This document shows, piece after piece, positions 38,231-53,534 of a stretch of DNA of 64,000 bases (positions are counted from its first letter, which is position 1; each line of letters opens with the position of its first letter). The DNA is from Prorocentrum cordatum (Eukaryota): positions 1 through 64,000 of the forward strand of contig CAUYUJ010000309.1 of the NCBI GenBank assembly GCA_963575745.1. The letters are read 5' to 3'. Under the pieces are notes generated by a model. It did not search any database. It saw nothing but the letters and a program-made list of their open reading frames with translations, and was not told the DNA's origin. The translations under genes and the position numbers were made by a program.

Positions 38231-39229
38231 TGGTTGAAAAGTGGCCGTTCTGGTTGTAAAGGGCACCGCCTGGGTTGCAAAGTGGTCGTTTTGGTTGTAA
38301 AGAAAACTGCTCGGGTCGTGCACAGGCCATCCCCGTAAGAAAACCATGTGAGTTGATCCTTTGCTGGTTGTACAGTACCCCATCTCTGATGTACAGTGTA
38401 ATTTTGACTGTGAAGAGACCGAATCTCGGGGGGGGGGCGGCGGCTGCCCATCCGTCGGCATCCCATCCCCTCGCAGGGCGCGGGAGGGGCGGGAGGGGAT
38501 GGATGGGGGAGGGAGGGAGGAAGGGCGGGAAGGAGGGAGGAAGAGACGAGACGGAGGGGAGGAGAAGGAGGAGGGGGAGTAGGAGGAGAAGGACTAGGGT
38601 AGGCTCGCCACTAGCGCCGCCACCCCAGGACAGGAACAGAAGCCCCCGCCTGACGTGGCGGACCCGTGGAATGACTTTCTTCAGTCACCACCGCCGCACG
38701 ACGGGCCACTGTGGCCTCTGTCGGGGGCCACTCCCGTGCCGAGGCTGGCACTGGGGTTCACGACGGCCGCGGCGTCGGGCGCAGGGGAGGGCAGCCCTGT
38801 TGCCGACCCAAACTCGCCACTGGCAAAGACGGCGGGGCGCGAGCTGACGCCGCCACCTCCACCTCAAACGCTGCGACAGTGGGAGAGGAATCCTAGTTAA
38901 CCCCTGTGTCCATCTACCAGCCTAAATCAAATTAATAACAACACTTCTCCATAGCCAAGCATGCGATGCCCCCATGGCTCAGCCACACTCGCCCAACGCA
39001 GCTCGCAACAATTCCGACCGTAGACACGATGATCCCGCGAGCGCAGCGCCCCAATGATCCTCCAACTTTTGCGCCCAGAACTTCACCACTCCTGATCGGA
39101 TACGCGACCACATCCGCACCGTCACCCTTTCAAAGTCCCAGCACACGGCCACCCCCCATTGGTTTACCTGCAAAAGCCCCCATGGCACCGAGGATCTGGG
39201 GCGGCCGCGCAAGGTCCTGCTGACGACGC

Positions 39230-40800
39230 GCAGGATATGCAAGCACCAAATCTTGACATGTTCGGGGAACATATCCATGTCCAAGGAGCCCATGGCATTG
39301 ACGCCCCTTGCTTTCGTGACCCCCATTATGGCGGTGGTCGCGCCCAACTCTGCGATAGCGACGTTGTCCGACTGTTCCAATTGAGCCAAACTCCGGCACC
39401 CGATGAGCGCATGTCGCAGTGCGCATTGTCTAATTTTCGCAGCGGTCCACTTGCTAGCCCACCCAGTCTTCTTTACCCTGCATGATGCCAACAGGGTTGC
39501 CAACACGCCTGTCAGCAATCTTATGTATTCCAGCCGCGGGGGGGGTGGGGGGGGGGCAATCCTTGGTCCACCCGCGCCGTGCCCCTGGCGACCTCCTCCA
39601 CACATCGCGTGCCTAAGCCACAACGCCGCGCCGTCCGTCAGCCATAGCTCGCCGAGCTGTTTCTCCTGCACGTTGCATGGCAGGATCGATGGCGCCCTGT
39701 CTCTCCTGCTTGACTGGGCTGAAGATATCTCGCACATGCTGCTGTCACTGGTTGGCCAGCTCCAAATTTGTATGATTGCTGATATGGTGAACCTGCTGCT
39801 GCGCGTCCAGAAATGTTGCTTTTCTTTCGGCAAATTGCAACGGGTCTCTGCAATGTTGAACCAGCGTGCTGATAGCTACCACTTGGATCTGCATGATGGC
39901 CCATACTTAGACCTCGGGGCGATATCATTGTGGTCGATCTGGTGCCATTGCGCTCCGCTTCCTCTTGATACCAAAGCTTGCTGCTCTTCCAATGTATTTA
40001 ACGCGTTGTTCCTCTGGGATACCAGGTATGAGCATCGCCTCTTCCACTGCGCCCAGCCATTTGCCAGATAACTGCTCCTCGAGGGAGCGCCAGCGCCCTG
40101 GTGAATCCGAGTCCCTCCTCACCTCGAGGGAGTGCCAACGCGTGCACTCAGGGTGAAATGATTCAAAGTCCGTGTCTTGCCGGCGCGCAACAGGTGGCAG
40201 GGGAAGGGGGGAAGGCTTCATAGAAGAGAGTTGGTTCTCAGAAGGCACTGGCGAACCGCTTCGGCAAGCCACCGTTCAGCCCGTGGTCTTTCAGTCGTGG
40301 GCGAGTTCGCTGGGAGACCCATCGCTCTGTGCCACCACCGTTCTTCCTTCCCTGCCAACTGGATTCCAACCCAATGCGTAGCCCACGGCACCGTCAGAGC
40401 TCTGGTGACCGTGATCGCTTCCTTGCAGCTGATAGCGGTGATGCCGCAGTCGAAAAGCGATCCTTTGCCTCTGTCGCAGGTGACCTCCTCGGATGCCGTG
40501 GCAATCTCTCATTGCACTTGTTCAAGCCATCCAGAGTTCTGAAATCCAATAGGCGCGCAGTTCCAACCTGCCGATACCAGCAATGCATGGGTCCTTCTGC
40601 ATACGCACGAAGGTTGCCAGCGCCGTCAGGATCTTTCGATTCAGCCCTGAGAACTTGAACTTGGGTTGCAGGCGTGTAGCGACGATAACCAGGTTGCCCG
40701 TGCTCAGGTGCAGCACCATCGGGGAGAATCCGACGGAAACTGGGTCACTTGGCGTCGCGGGTCCCACGGTGACCGCTCATGGCGCGAGCGGCTGCCAGGT
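39230..40800 (-). mobile_element. Decayed LINE-type retrotransposon: AP-endonuclease region and downstream linker
   Basis: Across frameshifts and a stop: GNLVIVATRLQP...ILTALATFVRMQKDPCI / AGWNCAP...SGWLEQV*...VTCDRGKGSLFDCGI...VPWATH. This matches the order of EEP-domain motifs (Y.P, GDWN, T...IDY, H). No RT catalytic motif was seen. Confidence 0.65.
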
Positions 40801-41574
40801 GCCACACTGGGCGCCCCCCCCCCGCGTAAGAGAGGTAGCGCCTCCTCATCCTCTTTCTCCTCCTCGTCCTCCTCCTCCTCCTCCTCTTCCTCCTCCTCCT
40901 CCTCCTCCTCCTCACCATCATCATAATCATCCTCATCCTCCTCTCCTTTTCCTCCTCCTCTTCCTCTTTTTCTTCGTCTCCTCCTCCTCCTCCTCTTCCT
41001 CCTCCTCCTCCTCCTCCTCCTCCTTTCCCCCTCCTCCCCCCGCCCCCTTCCCCTCCTCCCCCTCCCTCGCTTTACTCTCCCTGCCTCCTGCCTGCTGCCT
41101 ACTCCCCCTCCGCCCCCCCACTCCCCCACTCCTCCCCCCCCACCGCCCCCCGCCCCCCGCCCCCCTTTGCCCCTGCGCGTCCGCGGCCGCCGTCGCCCTC
41201 TCCGTCTCCTGCAGGCGCCCGCGCAGCTCCGCCGCCTGCGCCTATCGTGCGCGCACGCGCGGGTCCCCCCGCACGCCTCCGGGGCGGCGACCGACGCGCT
41301 CGCCGCCGAGGCCTACGAACCGCCTGCGGACGCGGCGCCTCCCCACCCTCCGCTCCCCCTTTCTCCCCCGCGCCCCGACCCCCGTCTCCCCACTCCGTTC
41401 TCCCTCCCCCCCCCTCGTCCCGTCTCTCCTTCTCCTCGTCGTCCTCCTCCTTCTCCTCCTCCTCCTCCTCCTTCCTCCTCCTCCCCTCCTCCTTCCTCCT
41501 CCTCTCCTCTCCTCCTCCTCCTCCTCCTCCTCCTCCTCCTCCTCCTCCTCTCCTCCTCCTCTTCCTCCTCATCA

Positions 41575-43000
<1,426 letters not shown>

Positions 43001-43799
43001 CTCCCTGCCCCTTATGAACCCACCTTCGCCCGACGGCGGCGATGCCGACAATGGCGGAGAATAAGGAAGCAAGGGAAGCACGATGACGATGACGAGGACG
43101 AGGACGAGGACGAAGACGGCGACGACGACGACGACGACGAGGACGACGACGACGAAGACGACGACGACGACAAGGAAGGAGAGGAGAGGAGGTCAGGGAG
43201 GAGTAGGAAGAGCAGGAGGAAGAGCAGGAGGAGAAGGAGGAGCAACAGGAGGAGGATACCCCTGAGGCTTTGACCCATGGGAGCCTATATTGAACACTAT
43301 GCAGGTCAGCTCTACCTTCGCACTGTAGTTTAATGCACGCGTGTGTCGATCCTTCTTGTTCGGTTCCCTCTCTTGTGAGATGACTTGTAGTTGTACGGTG
43401 TTGTACCTCCCCTCCTCCACGGCAGACGGCAGCGTTACTCTTTGCCCGTTTGGGCTGCTCGCAGTCTATCTGCTTGCACGTCCTGTTCTGCACGCGCCGT
43501 CTGCTTACGTTGTCTGCCGCTAAGTCTAAGTCGGACTCGCACTGTTGTTCTTACGGTCACACTTCAGCCTCGTCGCCAAAGTCCGACCAGCATGAAAAAG
43601 GAGGAGGAGGAGGGGGACGGGGAGAGGAGCATCAGGACGAGCAGGAGGAGCAGCAGGAGGAGGAGGAGGAGCAGGAGCAGAGGAGCAGGAGGAGCATGAG
43701 CAGGAGCAGGAGGAGCAGGAGCTAAGTGGAGCAGGATGAGTGGCAGGAGGAACAGGAGGAGGAGCAAGAGAAGATGAGAAGGGGGGCCGCTGGGCCGGC

Positions 43800-43883
43800 C
43801 TGGGCCACCCTGCCCTGCTCCTGCGCGCTATGGCACAGCTCTTTCACCTTGCGCAGCTCCTCCGAGTGGTTCGCGGTCAGAGC
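43800..43883 (-). CDS. Candidate exon (ALTANHSEELRKVKELCHSAQEQGRVAQ), coiled-coil-like
   Basis: CCCTACAG|G acceptor and CAG|GC donor; 84 nt, phase 0-0; high GC3. Confidence 0.65.
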
Positions 43884-43924
43884 CTGTAGGGGCACCCTCT
43901 CCTCCTCCGCCTCCTCCTCGTCAT

Positions 43925-44760
<836 letters not shown>

Positions 44761-46060
44761 ACTCCTCATGCTCACCTCCTCTTCCTCCTCCTCATCCTCC
44801 TTCTCCTCTTCCTCCTCCTCCTTCTCCTCCTCCTCATCCTTCCCCTCACCCCCCTCTTCCCCCCCCCAAAAAAAAACATCTCAAAAATCGCCCAGGTCGC
44901 GGAACGCCAATCACTTCAAGTCGTGATTGCGCCTAGCTCTCATGCTTCTGCCTTCCTCCCTCGTTCTGCCCTCCTCCCCTCCCTCTCCACTCGTTCTGCC
45001 CATTCTCGCCCTCCTCCCTCTCCCCCTCCCCTCCTCCTCCTCCTCCTCCTCCTCCTCCTCCTCCTCCTCCTCCTTCTCCTCCTCCTCCTCCTCATGATCC
45101 TCTCTGCTTACCTCCATCCTTCCCTCCTGAATTACCCCTGGCTCCTACCCCTTTTCCTCATCCTCCTCATCCTCCTCCTCCTCCTCCCTCCATCCGCCCT
45201 GCACACGTCCTGTCCCCCATTCCTCTTCATCCTCATCCTCCTCATCCTCTTTCTCCTTCTCCCCCATCCCTCCTCACCCCGTCCCTCCTTCCCTATCCCT
45301 TCTCCCTCCCTCCGTCAATCACCCCACAACCCTCACCCCATCATCCCTCCGTCCCTCCTTCCATCCCACCTCCTTCATCGATACTGCTCCCTCTCCCCTT
45401 CCGTTCCCTCACCCCCTCCCTACCTCTCTCCGCCCTTCCCTCATCCCTCTCCACATACCTGCCTCTCCTCCTTCCCGCCCCGACTCACGTCCCCCGCCCT
45501 TTCAGTATATTTTCCCTCATCCCTTCCCACTCTCCCTTCCCTCCCCTTCCCAGAGACTGTCGATATATTAATTTTTTCCTATCTGCTGACCCCTTCACTG
45601 GGGGCAGCGATTTCGTTCCAGATCCATCCGTGATGGCCGCTGGAGTCCGAAACAAACGAAAAACGCCACGACTGAAAAAAGCAAAAGGGCTTCTAATGCG
45701 CAGTACGGACCCAAAAAAGGCCTGGACCCTTTCCCTGGGACTGGCTCGTCCTTCCAGCTGTATTTCCCGAGAATACCAGAAGCGGGCGCCGGCGCCGTTC
45801 CAGAGCGCTCCAGAACGCCGAGGAGGAGGAGGAGGAGGAGGAGGAGGGAGGAGAAGAAGGAGAAGGAGGAGGAGGAGGAGGAGGAGGAGGAGGGAGAGGG
45901 AGGAGGAGGAGAGGAGGAGGAGAAGGAGGAGGAGAGGAGGAGGAGGAGGAGGAGAAGGAGGAGGGGAGGGGAGGAGGGAGGAGGGAGGAGGAGGGAGGGA
46001 GGAGGAGGAGGAGGAGGAGGAGGAGGGGCTAGATGGGCTCGCCCCTCAGCAGACATCCTA

Positions 46061-46236
46061 CAGTGGGGGCATATCCACAAGAAACCTTCCACAAGCAACC
46101 CAACCCTGAGACCCCAGGACGTCCATTGATTTTTGGTGTATGATCGTCACGCTTTCCACAGCAAAACCATCGAAACCCAAAAAATCCAGAGCACCCTGGA
46201 GGCAAGCAGGGTGTTTCTTGACATGGGCCCCCACTG
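46061..46236. mobile_element. Tc1/mariner-type MITE, intact copy inside a flanking palindrome (46028-46269)
   Basis: TA|CAGTGGGGGC ... GCCCCCACTG|CA; empty site CAGCAAAACCATCG. Confidence 0.85.
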
Positions 46237-46400
46237 CAGGATGTCTGACGAGGGGCGAGCGCATCTAGCTTGCCCATACCCCCTCGGCCAAGTCCCCATC
46301 CATCTCTTGGACGCCCCCCGCCCCTTCCCTGAGGGGCAGCGCTAGGGGGGGACTGGGCTCAGCGGAGGGGGGAGGAAAAAAACCTCGAGCTGACATCGGT

Positions 46401-46540
46401 GATACATCGCCGGCACATCGGCGATGGGCCCCAAACAGCGAATCCGCACGTGCCTGTGCGGGGTGGGCCATCAGGCTCCTATCGGCGATGAATGGGCGAT
46501 TGGGGGTCGTTGTATCCCTCTGGAGCAGATCCCCCACGAA
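46401..46540 (+). repeat. Family D copy
   Basis: Similar to 13796-13945. Confidence 0.75.
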
Positions 46541-46779
46541 CGCTGCCCCCTGGCTTTCGGGTCATAGGTCAGCTCCCCGGCGGCCGCTCGGGACGATCTG
46601 GGCACCCCTGGGAACGCTCTCGGCGAGGCGCAGCTGCTGAAGAGCACCCTGGGGCTGGAAAACCGCCGAGGACCGACAAAAAACGCCCGACAGCCCCGAC
46701 AGCCTCGAAGCCAAACCTAACCTGAACCTATCCCCCCCTTGGAGCTGCCCCTGATTGCCCCCCCGCCCCTCCCCAGGGC

Positions 46780-46821
46780 CTCCCGCTGCTGCCGGACGGC
46801 ATTGTCCGCGTCCTGCTCGGC
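46780..46821 (-). CDS. Candidate mini-exon (AEQDADNAVRQQRE)
   Basis: CCGAG|G acceptor and GAG|GC donor; 42 nt, phase 0-0; high GC3. Confidence 0.5.
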
Positions 46822-47081
46822 CTCGGAGCCGGGTTGCCCGCCCGCTCCCCGGGAACGCCACTGGGGAGGCCGGGCAGGACGGGGAGGGAGGGGGAAAGTG
46901 GCCCCAGGGTTTGCTTCTGTTGGCTCTGAACCTCGTAGGCGTCTAAGCCCGTTCGGCCGCCGGATTGGGCTCCGGATCAGGAGAAGGAGAGGAGGAGGAG
47001 GGAAGGAGAGGAGGAGGAGGAGGAGGAGGAGGGAGGAGGAAGGGAGGAGGGAGAGGAGGAGCGGGAGGAGGAGGTGAAGGA

Positions 47082-47112
<31 letters not shown>

Positions 47113-47769
47113 GAGGAGGAGGAGGGGAGGAGGAGGAGGAGGAGGAGGAGGAGGAGGAGAGGAGGAGGAGGAGCGGGAGGAGGAGGTGAAGGAGGGGGAA
47201 TGGGCTAGGGGCATGGGGCAGGGGGCAGGGCTAGCGGAGGGGCATGGGGCAGGGGGAATGGAAATGGAGAAGGGAGAGGGGGGAGGGGGGCGAGCAGACG
47301 TGGCAGGGCTGCGGTGGCAGGAGCAGCGACAGAGACGCGCACCGAGATCCTTTCGGCGAGGTGTAAGCAAAATCGCACGGTAATTAGCCCGAGCACGGTT
47401 CCGCGGCAGCAGGACGGAAGACAGGGGCCCAAGCGCGTGCATTTCCAGCGCCTCCCTCCCGCCTCCCCCCTCCCAGGAAGGAGAAGACAGGGAGAGGAGG
47501 GCGGGCGGAGGGAGGTGGGCGGGAAGCACTGGATGCGTGCAGCGTTTGGCCCCCGGAAGGCACGTGCAAACATTGACACCTATTCCTGTTTGCACTCGCG
47601 CCCCGGCGCCTGCCGCCCGAGCCCTCGCGCCCTGTGCAGCGCTAGCGGGGGCCCAACAGGTGAGAGGCGGGCGAGGGAGGAGGAGGAGGAGGAGGAGGAG
47701 GAGGAGGAGGAGGAGGAGCGAGGAGGAGGAGGAGGAGGAGGAGGAGGAGCGGGAGGAGGAGGTGAAGGA

Positions 47770-47800
<31 letters not shown>

Positions 47801-47839
47801 GAGGAGGAGGAGGAGGAGGAGGAGGAGGAGGAGGAGGAG

Positions 47840-47911
47840 GGACCAGAATATACCCAAGATGCAGCAAGGATGCTGCAATAGACCCTCCCGTTCCAGGTCC
47901 CCTCCTCACTC
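47840..47911 (-). repeat. Family F terminus abutting (GAG)n
   Basis: Nearly identical to 49958-50028; the reverse complement resembles 24915-24987. Confidence 0.8.
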
Positions 47912-48514
47912 GTCCCTACAAGCCTTCTTGTCCACTTCAAGAAGCACCCCTTTGAAAGAGAAGCACCCCACGAGCCTGCCTTTCGGGCGAGAGCCGCGTC
48001 TTGCAAAAGAGCGAACTGCACTGCGTCCTTCCAGCGAGTAGCACGGCACGCGCAAGAGTGTGATCATACAGTCCTGACGGATGTCCAGCGAGACCCCCGT
48101 TTTGAAAAGAACAAAAAAACGGCCCACCTGTCTGGGTAGTCGAAGCCAATCTGGCGCCAATCTGGCAGGCCCAATCTGGCAAACGGGGGCAATCTGGCGA
48201 GGGAGCCAACGCGAATCCAGTCTGGCGAATCACCCAAATCCTCCAGGTTGGCCAGGCCAGACTGGCCCTTGGGGCCCAATCCAATCTGACAGTCTGGCCT
48301 TCGACTACCCAGCTTGTGTAGCTCCTGCATCTGTCACGGTCCACGCCGGCGGGGCTGGCCGCGCCAGCTCACACAGGGAGGAGACCCGTCCGCCCCCGAG
48401 TGGCCTCTCGTGGTCCCCCCCTCCGCGGCCGCCCCCGCCCCGTCCTGTTCTCCGCTCGCGCACGCCGGCCAAGTCGCTACCACGGCGCCCCCGTTTGGCC
48501 TGCTCGCTGGTTTC

Positions 48515-48721
48515 GGACGCCCGAGATGGGTACGGAAAGAATGGGTAATATGCCCAACAGCAAATGTTGTCCCAAACCAACAGCGGCCGCTGTTGGGCAG
48601 GCGGACTCCTGTCTCGAGTGGACACAGGCCGCGGCGGCGTGGACAGCGGATCCTGTTCAAGATGAACAGGAACTGCTGTTGGGCATCGCACCCACTCTTT
48701 CGGTACCCATTTCGGGCGTCC
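48515..48721. mobile_element. MITE-like element with about 50-bp imperfect TIRs
   Basis: GGACGCCCGAGATGGGTACGGAAAGAATGGGT...TGCCCAACAGCA pairs with TGCTGTTGGGCA...ACCCACTCTTTCGGTACCCATTTCGGGCGTCC. Confidence 0.75.
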
Positions 48722-48999
48722 AGACACTGGTGTTGCTACCTCAGCCTCGCCGCCAACGGAAAAAGTGTAACTCTTGCACCGGTTTTCACTTATGGCCGCG
48801 AGCGTCGAGCGGAAACCCCATGTTGAAACGAGCCGCCCTCCACCCATCTGTGAAAGCTACTGGTCCTGAAAATAAAAGAAATCCCGAACGAACGCCCAAT
48901 GCTGAAGAAGGACCGCCTTTCACCCGTGCAGCTGATGCTTATGTTCAAGCTGATAGTCCTAAGTTTTATTCAAAGACCAAAAGCTCAAGCGAATGCCTC

Positions 49000-49330
49000 G
49001 CTTTGAAATGAAGATGAGCCGCCCACAAACCCTGTAACTGTTGCAAACGTTCAGAACGGATGTGCGTGGCGCTACAGCGAAATTCAAAAGTTTTCAAACG
49101 CCCTCCATCACTGAAACTGCTGCAGACATTTAAAACGATTTGCGCGCAACGCTGAAACGAGAGCCACACTTTGAAGAGAAACCGCCCTCCATCCGCGAAA
49201 TTGTTGCAAGCTTGTAAATTAAATGTGCGCGGCACAGCAGCGAGAGCTACATCTTGACCACGACCTGCGCTCCATCCGTGAAGCTGCTGCAAGCTTGAAG
49301 AGGAAGGTGCGCGACGCCAAGGCGGGAGCT
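49000..49330 (-). repeat. Family F ~82-bp array, inverted
   Basis: GAGAGCCACACTTTGAA...CCGCCCTCCATCCG is the reverse complement of the units at 24265-24680. Confidence 0.75.
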
Positions 49331-49352
49331 CCACGTGGATAGCGACACACAT

Positions 49353-49400
<48 letters not shown>

Positions 49401-49957
49401 CCCTTGAAACTGTCCCAAATGTCCAGATCCGTGATCATACATGGTGAAAAATCTCAGCGGAACGCCAGACCCACCCTAACACGACAGACAAGGAGGAATT
49501 ATGGAGAAGGAAAAAGGAATGGAGGAGGGGGGGAGAATGAGTAGGGAAGGGGGAGGAGGGAGGAGAGAGGAGGGAGGAGGAAGGAGGGGGAGGAGGGAGG
49601 AGGAGGGGGAAAAGGTTCAGTTCGGTTCAGTCGTCCTCGAGGGCACGAATCCAACTCGCAACTGCCGGGCGGGTGACACTTCCCAGGCCGGGGGAGAGGG
49701 GGAGGAGGGGGAGGAGGCGGTAGATGGGGGGAAAAGAAGGGGAGGAGGGGGGAGAGAAGGAGCCAGAGGGGGAGGGGGGAGGGGGGAGAAAGAAGGGAGG
49801 AGCAGGAGGGGGAGGAGGTGGAGGAGAAAAGGAGATGAGGATGAGGAGGTGAAGGAGGAGGAGGAGGAGGAGGAGGAGGAGGAGGAGGAGGAGGAGGGAG
49901 GAGGGGGAGGAGGAGGAGGAGGAGGAGGAGGAGGAGGAGGAGGAGGAGGACGAGGAG

Positions 49958-50028
49958 GGACCAGAATATACCAAAATGCAGCAAGGATGCTGCAATAGAC
50001 CCTCCCGTTCCAGGTCCCCTCCTCACTC
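49958..50028 (-). repeat. Family F terminus abutting (GAG)n
   Basis: See 47840-47911. Confidence 0.8.
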
Positions 50029-50519
50029 CCCTACACTCGTCACTCCCCTCCTCATCCCCTCCCTCCTCAGGTGGAGGAGAAAGGGGATGAGGATGAGGAG
50101 GAGGGAGGAGGGGAGGGGGAGGGGGCTCCCTCTCCTCTCATCCTCCTCTCACTCCTCCTCCTCCTCCTCCTCCTTCTCCTCCGCCCTCCTCCCTCCTCCT
50201 CCTCCTCCTCCTCCTCCTCCTCCTCCTCCTCCTCCTCCTTCTCCTCTTTTTCCCTTCCTCTCCCCAGTGTTCCCCTGTTCTACAAGAGCTGGGGGAGCAC
50301 ATGGTCCGCTAGCGTGGCCAGACTTCGGCCCAATGCGTGGCCGCATGCGCGCTTCCAAAAGGCAGGGAGAGTCCCCCGCATGGGCGTTTCCAAAAGGCGT
50401 TTGCAAACATCGTCCCATTCTTCTTTTCGGAAAGCGTACGTGCTCCGCATGTTCGCTGTTAAGCTTTAACAGCTTCCAAGAAGACCCACGAGGCCCCCCG
50501 AAGAACGCATGAAGACAGC

Positions 50520-50840
50520 ACCAGAGGCTCCCAAGAAAGCCCCCAGAAGGTCCAAGAGGGCCCACGAGTGTCACAAGACGGCCCAAGAGATGGCCCAAAA
50601 GGGGCAGCAGAGGACCCCAAAAGATCCCCAGAGGAGCCCCAAGGGGGCCATAGGTGGCCCCCGAGAGGGCCCCAGGAGGGCCCCAAGATGGCGCAAGCCC
50701 CCCACGACAGCCCCAGAGGACCCCAAGACGGTCCAAGAGAGGCCGCCAAGAGGCGCAGATGAGGCCCAAAGCTGCCGCCGCACTGCCCCTTCGGAGGTCT
50801 CAGAACTGCGTCCAAGAGGGCCCAGAGAGGCCCCCAAAGG
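50520..50840. repeat. GGCCC(C)AAGA 10-11-mer degenerate array
   Basis: Same motif as 62880-63530. Confidence 0.8.
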
Positions 50841-51164
50841 GACCTCAACGGACAGCGCTGAGGACAGTGGCCCACGACCCCAGGCGCAGCGGCAGGTCCG
50901 GCCGAAGGCACGCACGCACAAGCCATACGCCGTCCAGCGCGTGGGCGGGAAAACAAGCACAGCACAGCCTGTACTGCAAGGGAGAAGAGGAGGAAGAGGA
51001 GGAGGAGGAGGAGGAGAAGAGGAGACAGAAAGCAAACATGCAGTTAATCAGTCCTGAGGATCAACCAGTCCTGAGGATTCCCGAGAACACTCCAACTCTT
51101 GCCTCGCGGCAGGGTGGCCCATGAGGCGGAGGAGGAGGAGGAGGAGGAGGAGGAGAAAGGGGAG

Positions 51165-51196
<32 letters not shown>

Positions 51197-51879
51197 GGAG
51201 GAGGTGGGGGAGGTGGAGGAGGTGGAGGAGGAGGAGGAGGAGGAGGAGGAGGAGGAGGAGGAGACGCCCTGCTTGAATACCCCGTCCTGACCTCTCTCTG
51301 CCTCGCAGGTCCTGCCCGCCTGCGCTCCAAAGCCGAGGTTCGAGGTCGAGGCTCGTGGAATGAGCAGGGGCGCGGCTGGGCGAATTGCGCACAAGACGGC
51401 GGGGAGACAGAGAAGAGCCTCCTAGGCGGGGACACCACCGAAAACCGACGAGAACGTCCAGGACCCTCAAAGCGTGGAGGAGGAGGAGGAGGAGGAGGAG
51501 GAGGAGGAGGAGGAGGAGGGAGGATGCAGGAGGATGGAGGAGGAGGAGGAGGAGGAGGAGGAGCAGGAGGAGAAGGGCGGCCGCGGAGGAGCAGAGACAA
51601 AGGCGGCGCACTCGGGGATGGGGGCGCACAGGAGGAGCAGGAGGGCACGAGGAGCAGAGAAGGTCCACATCTTCGGACCCATCGCCACTGCCAGTCTGAA
51701 CAGTCGTGCTGTCGGTTTGGATCATCGCTCTTCGGATGCCAGGGGAGGGGAGGGGAGGAGGGAGGGGAGGAGGGAGGGGGAGGGGGAGGGAGGCAAGCTA
51801 GGTGCGCGCGCGTCATATCTGACGTCCTACCCTCCCTCCCATCCCTTACCATGCGCTGCTTTTCTCTATCCGCGGACTA

Positions 51880-52260
51880 GTGGGTGGTGGTGCGCGTGCG
51901 TGCGTGCGTGCGGGTGTGCGTGGTGGGTGGTGGTGGTGGTGTGCTGCTGCTGCTGCTGGTGCTGGTGCTGGTGTGCTGGTGCTGGTGCTGCGTGGTGGTG
52001 GTGGTGGTGGTGTGGTGTGGTGCTGGTGGTGGTGGTGGTGGTGGTGGTGGTGGTGGTGGTGGTGGTGGTGGTGGTGGTGGTGAGGTTGGTGGTGGTTGGT
52101 GGTGGTGGTGGTGGTGGTGGGTGGTGGTGGTGGTGGTGGTGGTGGTGGTGTTGGTTGGTGGTGGTGGTGGTGGTGGTGGTGGTGGTGGTGGTGGTGGTGG
52201 TGGTGGTGGTGGTGGTGGTGGTGGTGGTGGTGGTGTGGTGTGTGTGTGTGTGCGTGTGTG
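51880..52260. repeat. (GGT)n microsatellite complex
   Basis: Visible directly. Confidence 0.95.
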
Positions 52261-52284
52261 CGCGTGTGCTGTGGCATGGCACGG

Positions 52285-52452
52285 GAAATGACGCCAGCGC
52301 TGCAGCGGGAGCACGAGTCGAAACGGGCGGAAGCGCGGAAATGAGGCCAGCGCTGCAGCGGGAGCACGATTCGGAACGAGCGGAAGCACGGAAATGAGGC
52401 CAGCGCTGCAGCGGGAGCACGATTCGGAACGAGCGGGGCCCGAAAATGAGGC
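52285..52452. repeat. 53-bp tandem repeat, 3 copies
   Basis: GAAATGA.GCCAGCGCTGCAGCGGGAGCACGA.TCG.AACG repeated. Confidence 0.9.
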
Positions 52453-53051
52453 CGGCGCCTCGGCGAGAGCAGCATTTTGAAAAAAATGCAGGCGAAAACC
52501 CAACTCCCGGGAATCCTGTGTGTAAAAAAGCAGGACGCGGGGGGGGGTCGGCTACTTTCAGGCCGCCATCGGGGGAAGAGGGAGAGTAGTATTCATATTG
52601 AGTAATCGTGGAGGAGGGAGGGGGAGGGGGGAGGGGGAGAGGGGGGAGGAGGGGGAGAGCAGGATGGAGGGGACGGGAGGGGAGGTGGGGAGGGGGAAAG
52701 GAAGAGGAAGGGAGGAAACGGACGGGACTGAACGGGAAGGGGACGGGGACAGGAACGGGGATGGACTGCAAGGGCCAGATAGTTCCATGTGGTGCTCAAA
52801 AGTTCGACGCCGACTAAGATGATGCCTCTGGCGGTGGTCATTCCAATGTGAATCGCGCTCGCCATGCGCACAAAGATGCCGATACGGGAAGGTCATGACG
52901 TGGACGTTGCCAGAGATTGAGCTCACAGGCGCTCAATAGAGGAAAATATCAAAATGATCATGCTCCGTCAGCAAAGGAGCCAGACAGGCCCGGCCTTTTG
53001 CAGGCGGCAGAACGAGCATTGAAACTTCATTAGAAGAAGAAACAAATATAC

Positions 53052-53207
53052 AAACATAGACTTTCGAGGCTCCGAACGACTTTCTTGGATCGGCGCTGGA
53101 AAGTCCCTCCCTGGCGCGCGGAGTGCGCCAGGGGCGTCGCAGGAGGCGCCGCCAGGGGAGCCCAGCGCCGGTCCGAGAAATCCGCGCGGAGCTCCGAAAA
53201 CGTATGC
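53052..53207. mobile_element. Hairpin MITE family A (partial copies at 32003-32062, 54660-54738 and 63956-64000)
   Basis: CTTGGATCGGCGCTGG ... CCAGCGCCGGTCCGAGAAATCCGCGCGGAGCTCCGAAA. Confidence 0.8.
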
Positions 53208-53304
53208 CGATTCTTGTTCCTGATGCTGGCATTGTTGTTAGTATGATGATTATTGCTGGCATTGCTGTTATTATGATGATTGTGATCAGTATGATTAAAA
53301 GAAG

Positions 53305-53367
53305 TAGTAGTAGGTAGTTGTAGTTGTAGTTGTAGTTGTAGTTGTAGTTGTAGTTGTAGTTGTAGTT

Positions 53368-53407
<40 letters not shown>

Positions 53408-53503
53408 GAGTAGTAGTAGTAGTAGTAGTAGTTAGTAGTTAGTAGTTAGTAGTTAGTAGTTAGTAGTTAGTAGTTAGTAGTTAGTAGTTAGTAGTTAGTA
53501 GTT

Positions 53504-53534
<31 letters not shown>

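Noticed and set aside
51309..51350. Plus-strand exon VLPACAPKPRFEVE after a pyrimidine-rich CGCAG acceptor
   Set aside because: It overlaps an equally plausible minus-strand candidate and has no supporting plus-strand neighbours; unresolved without RNA data.
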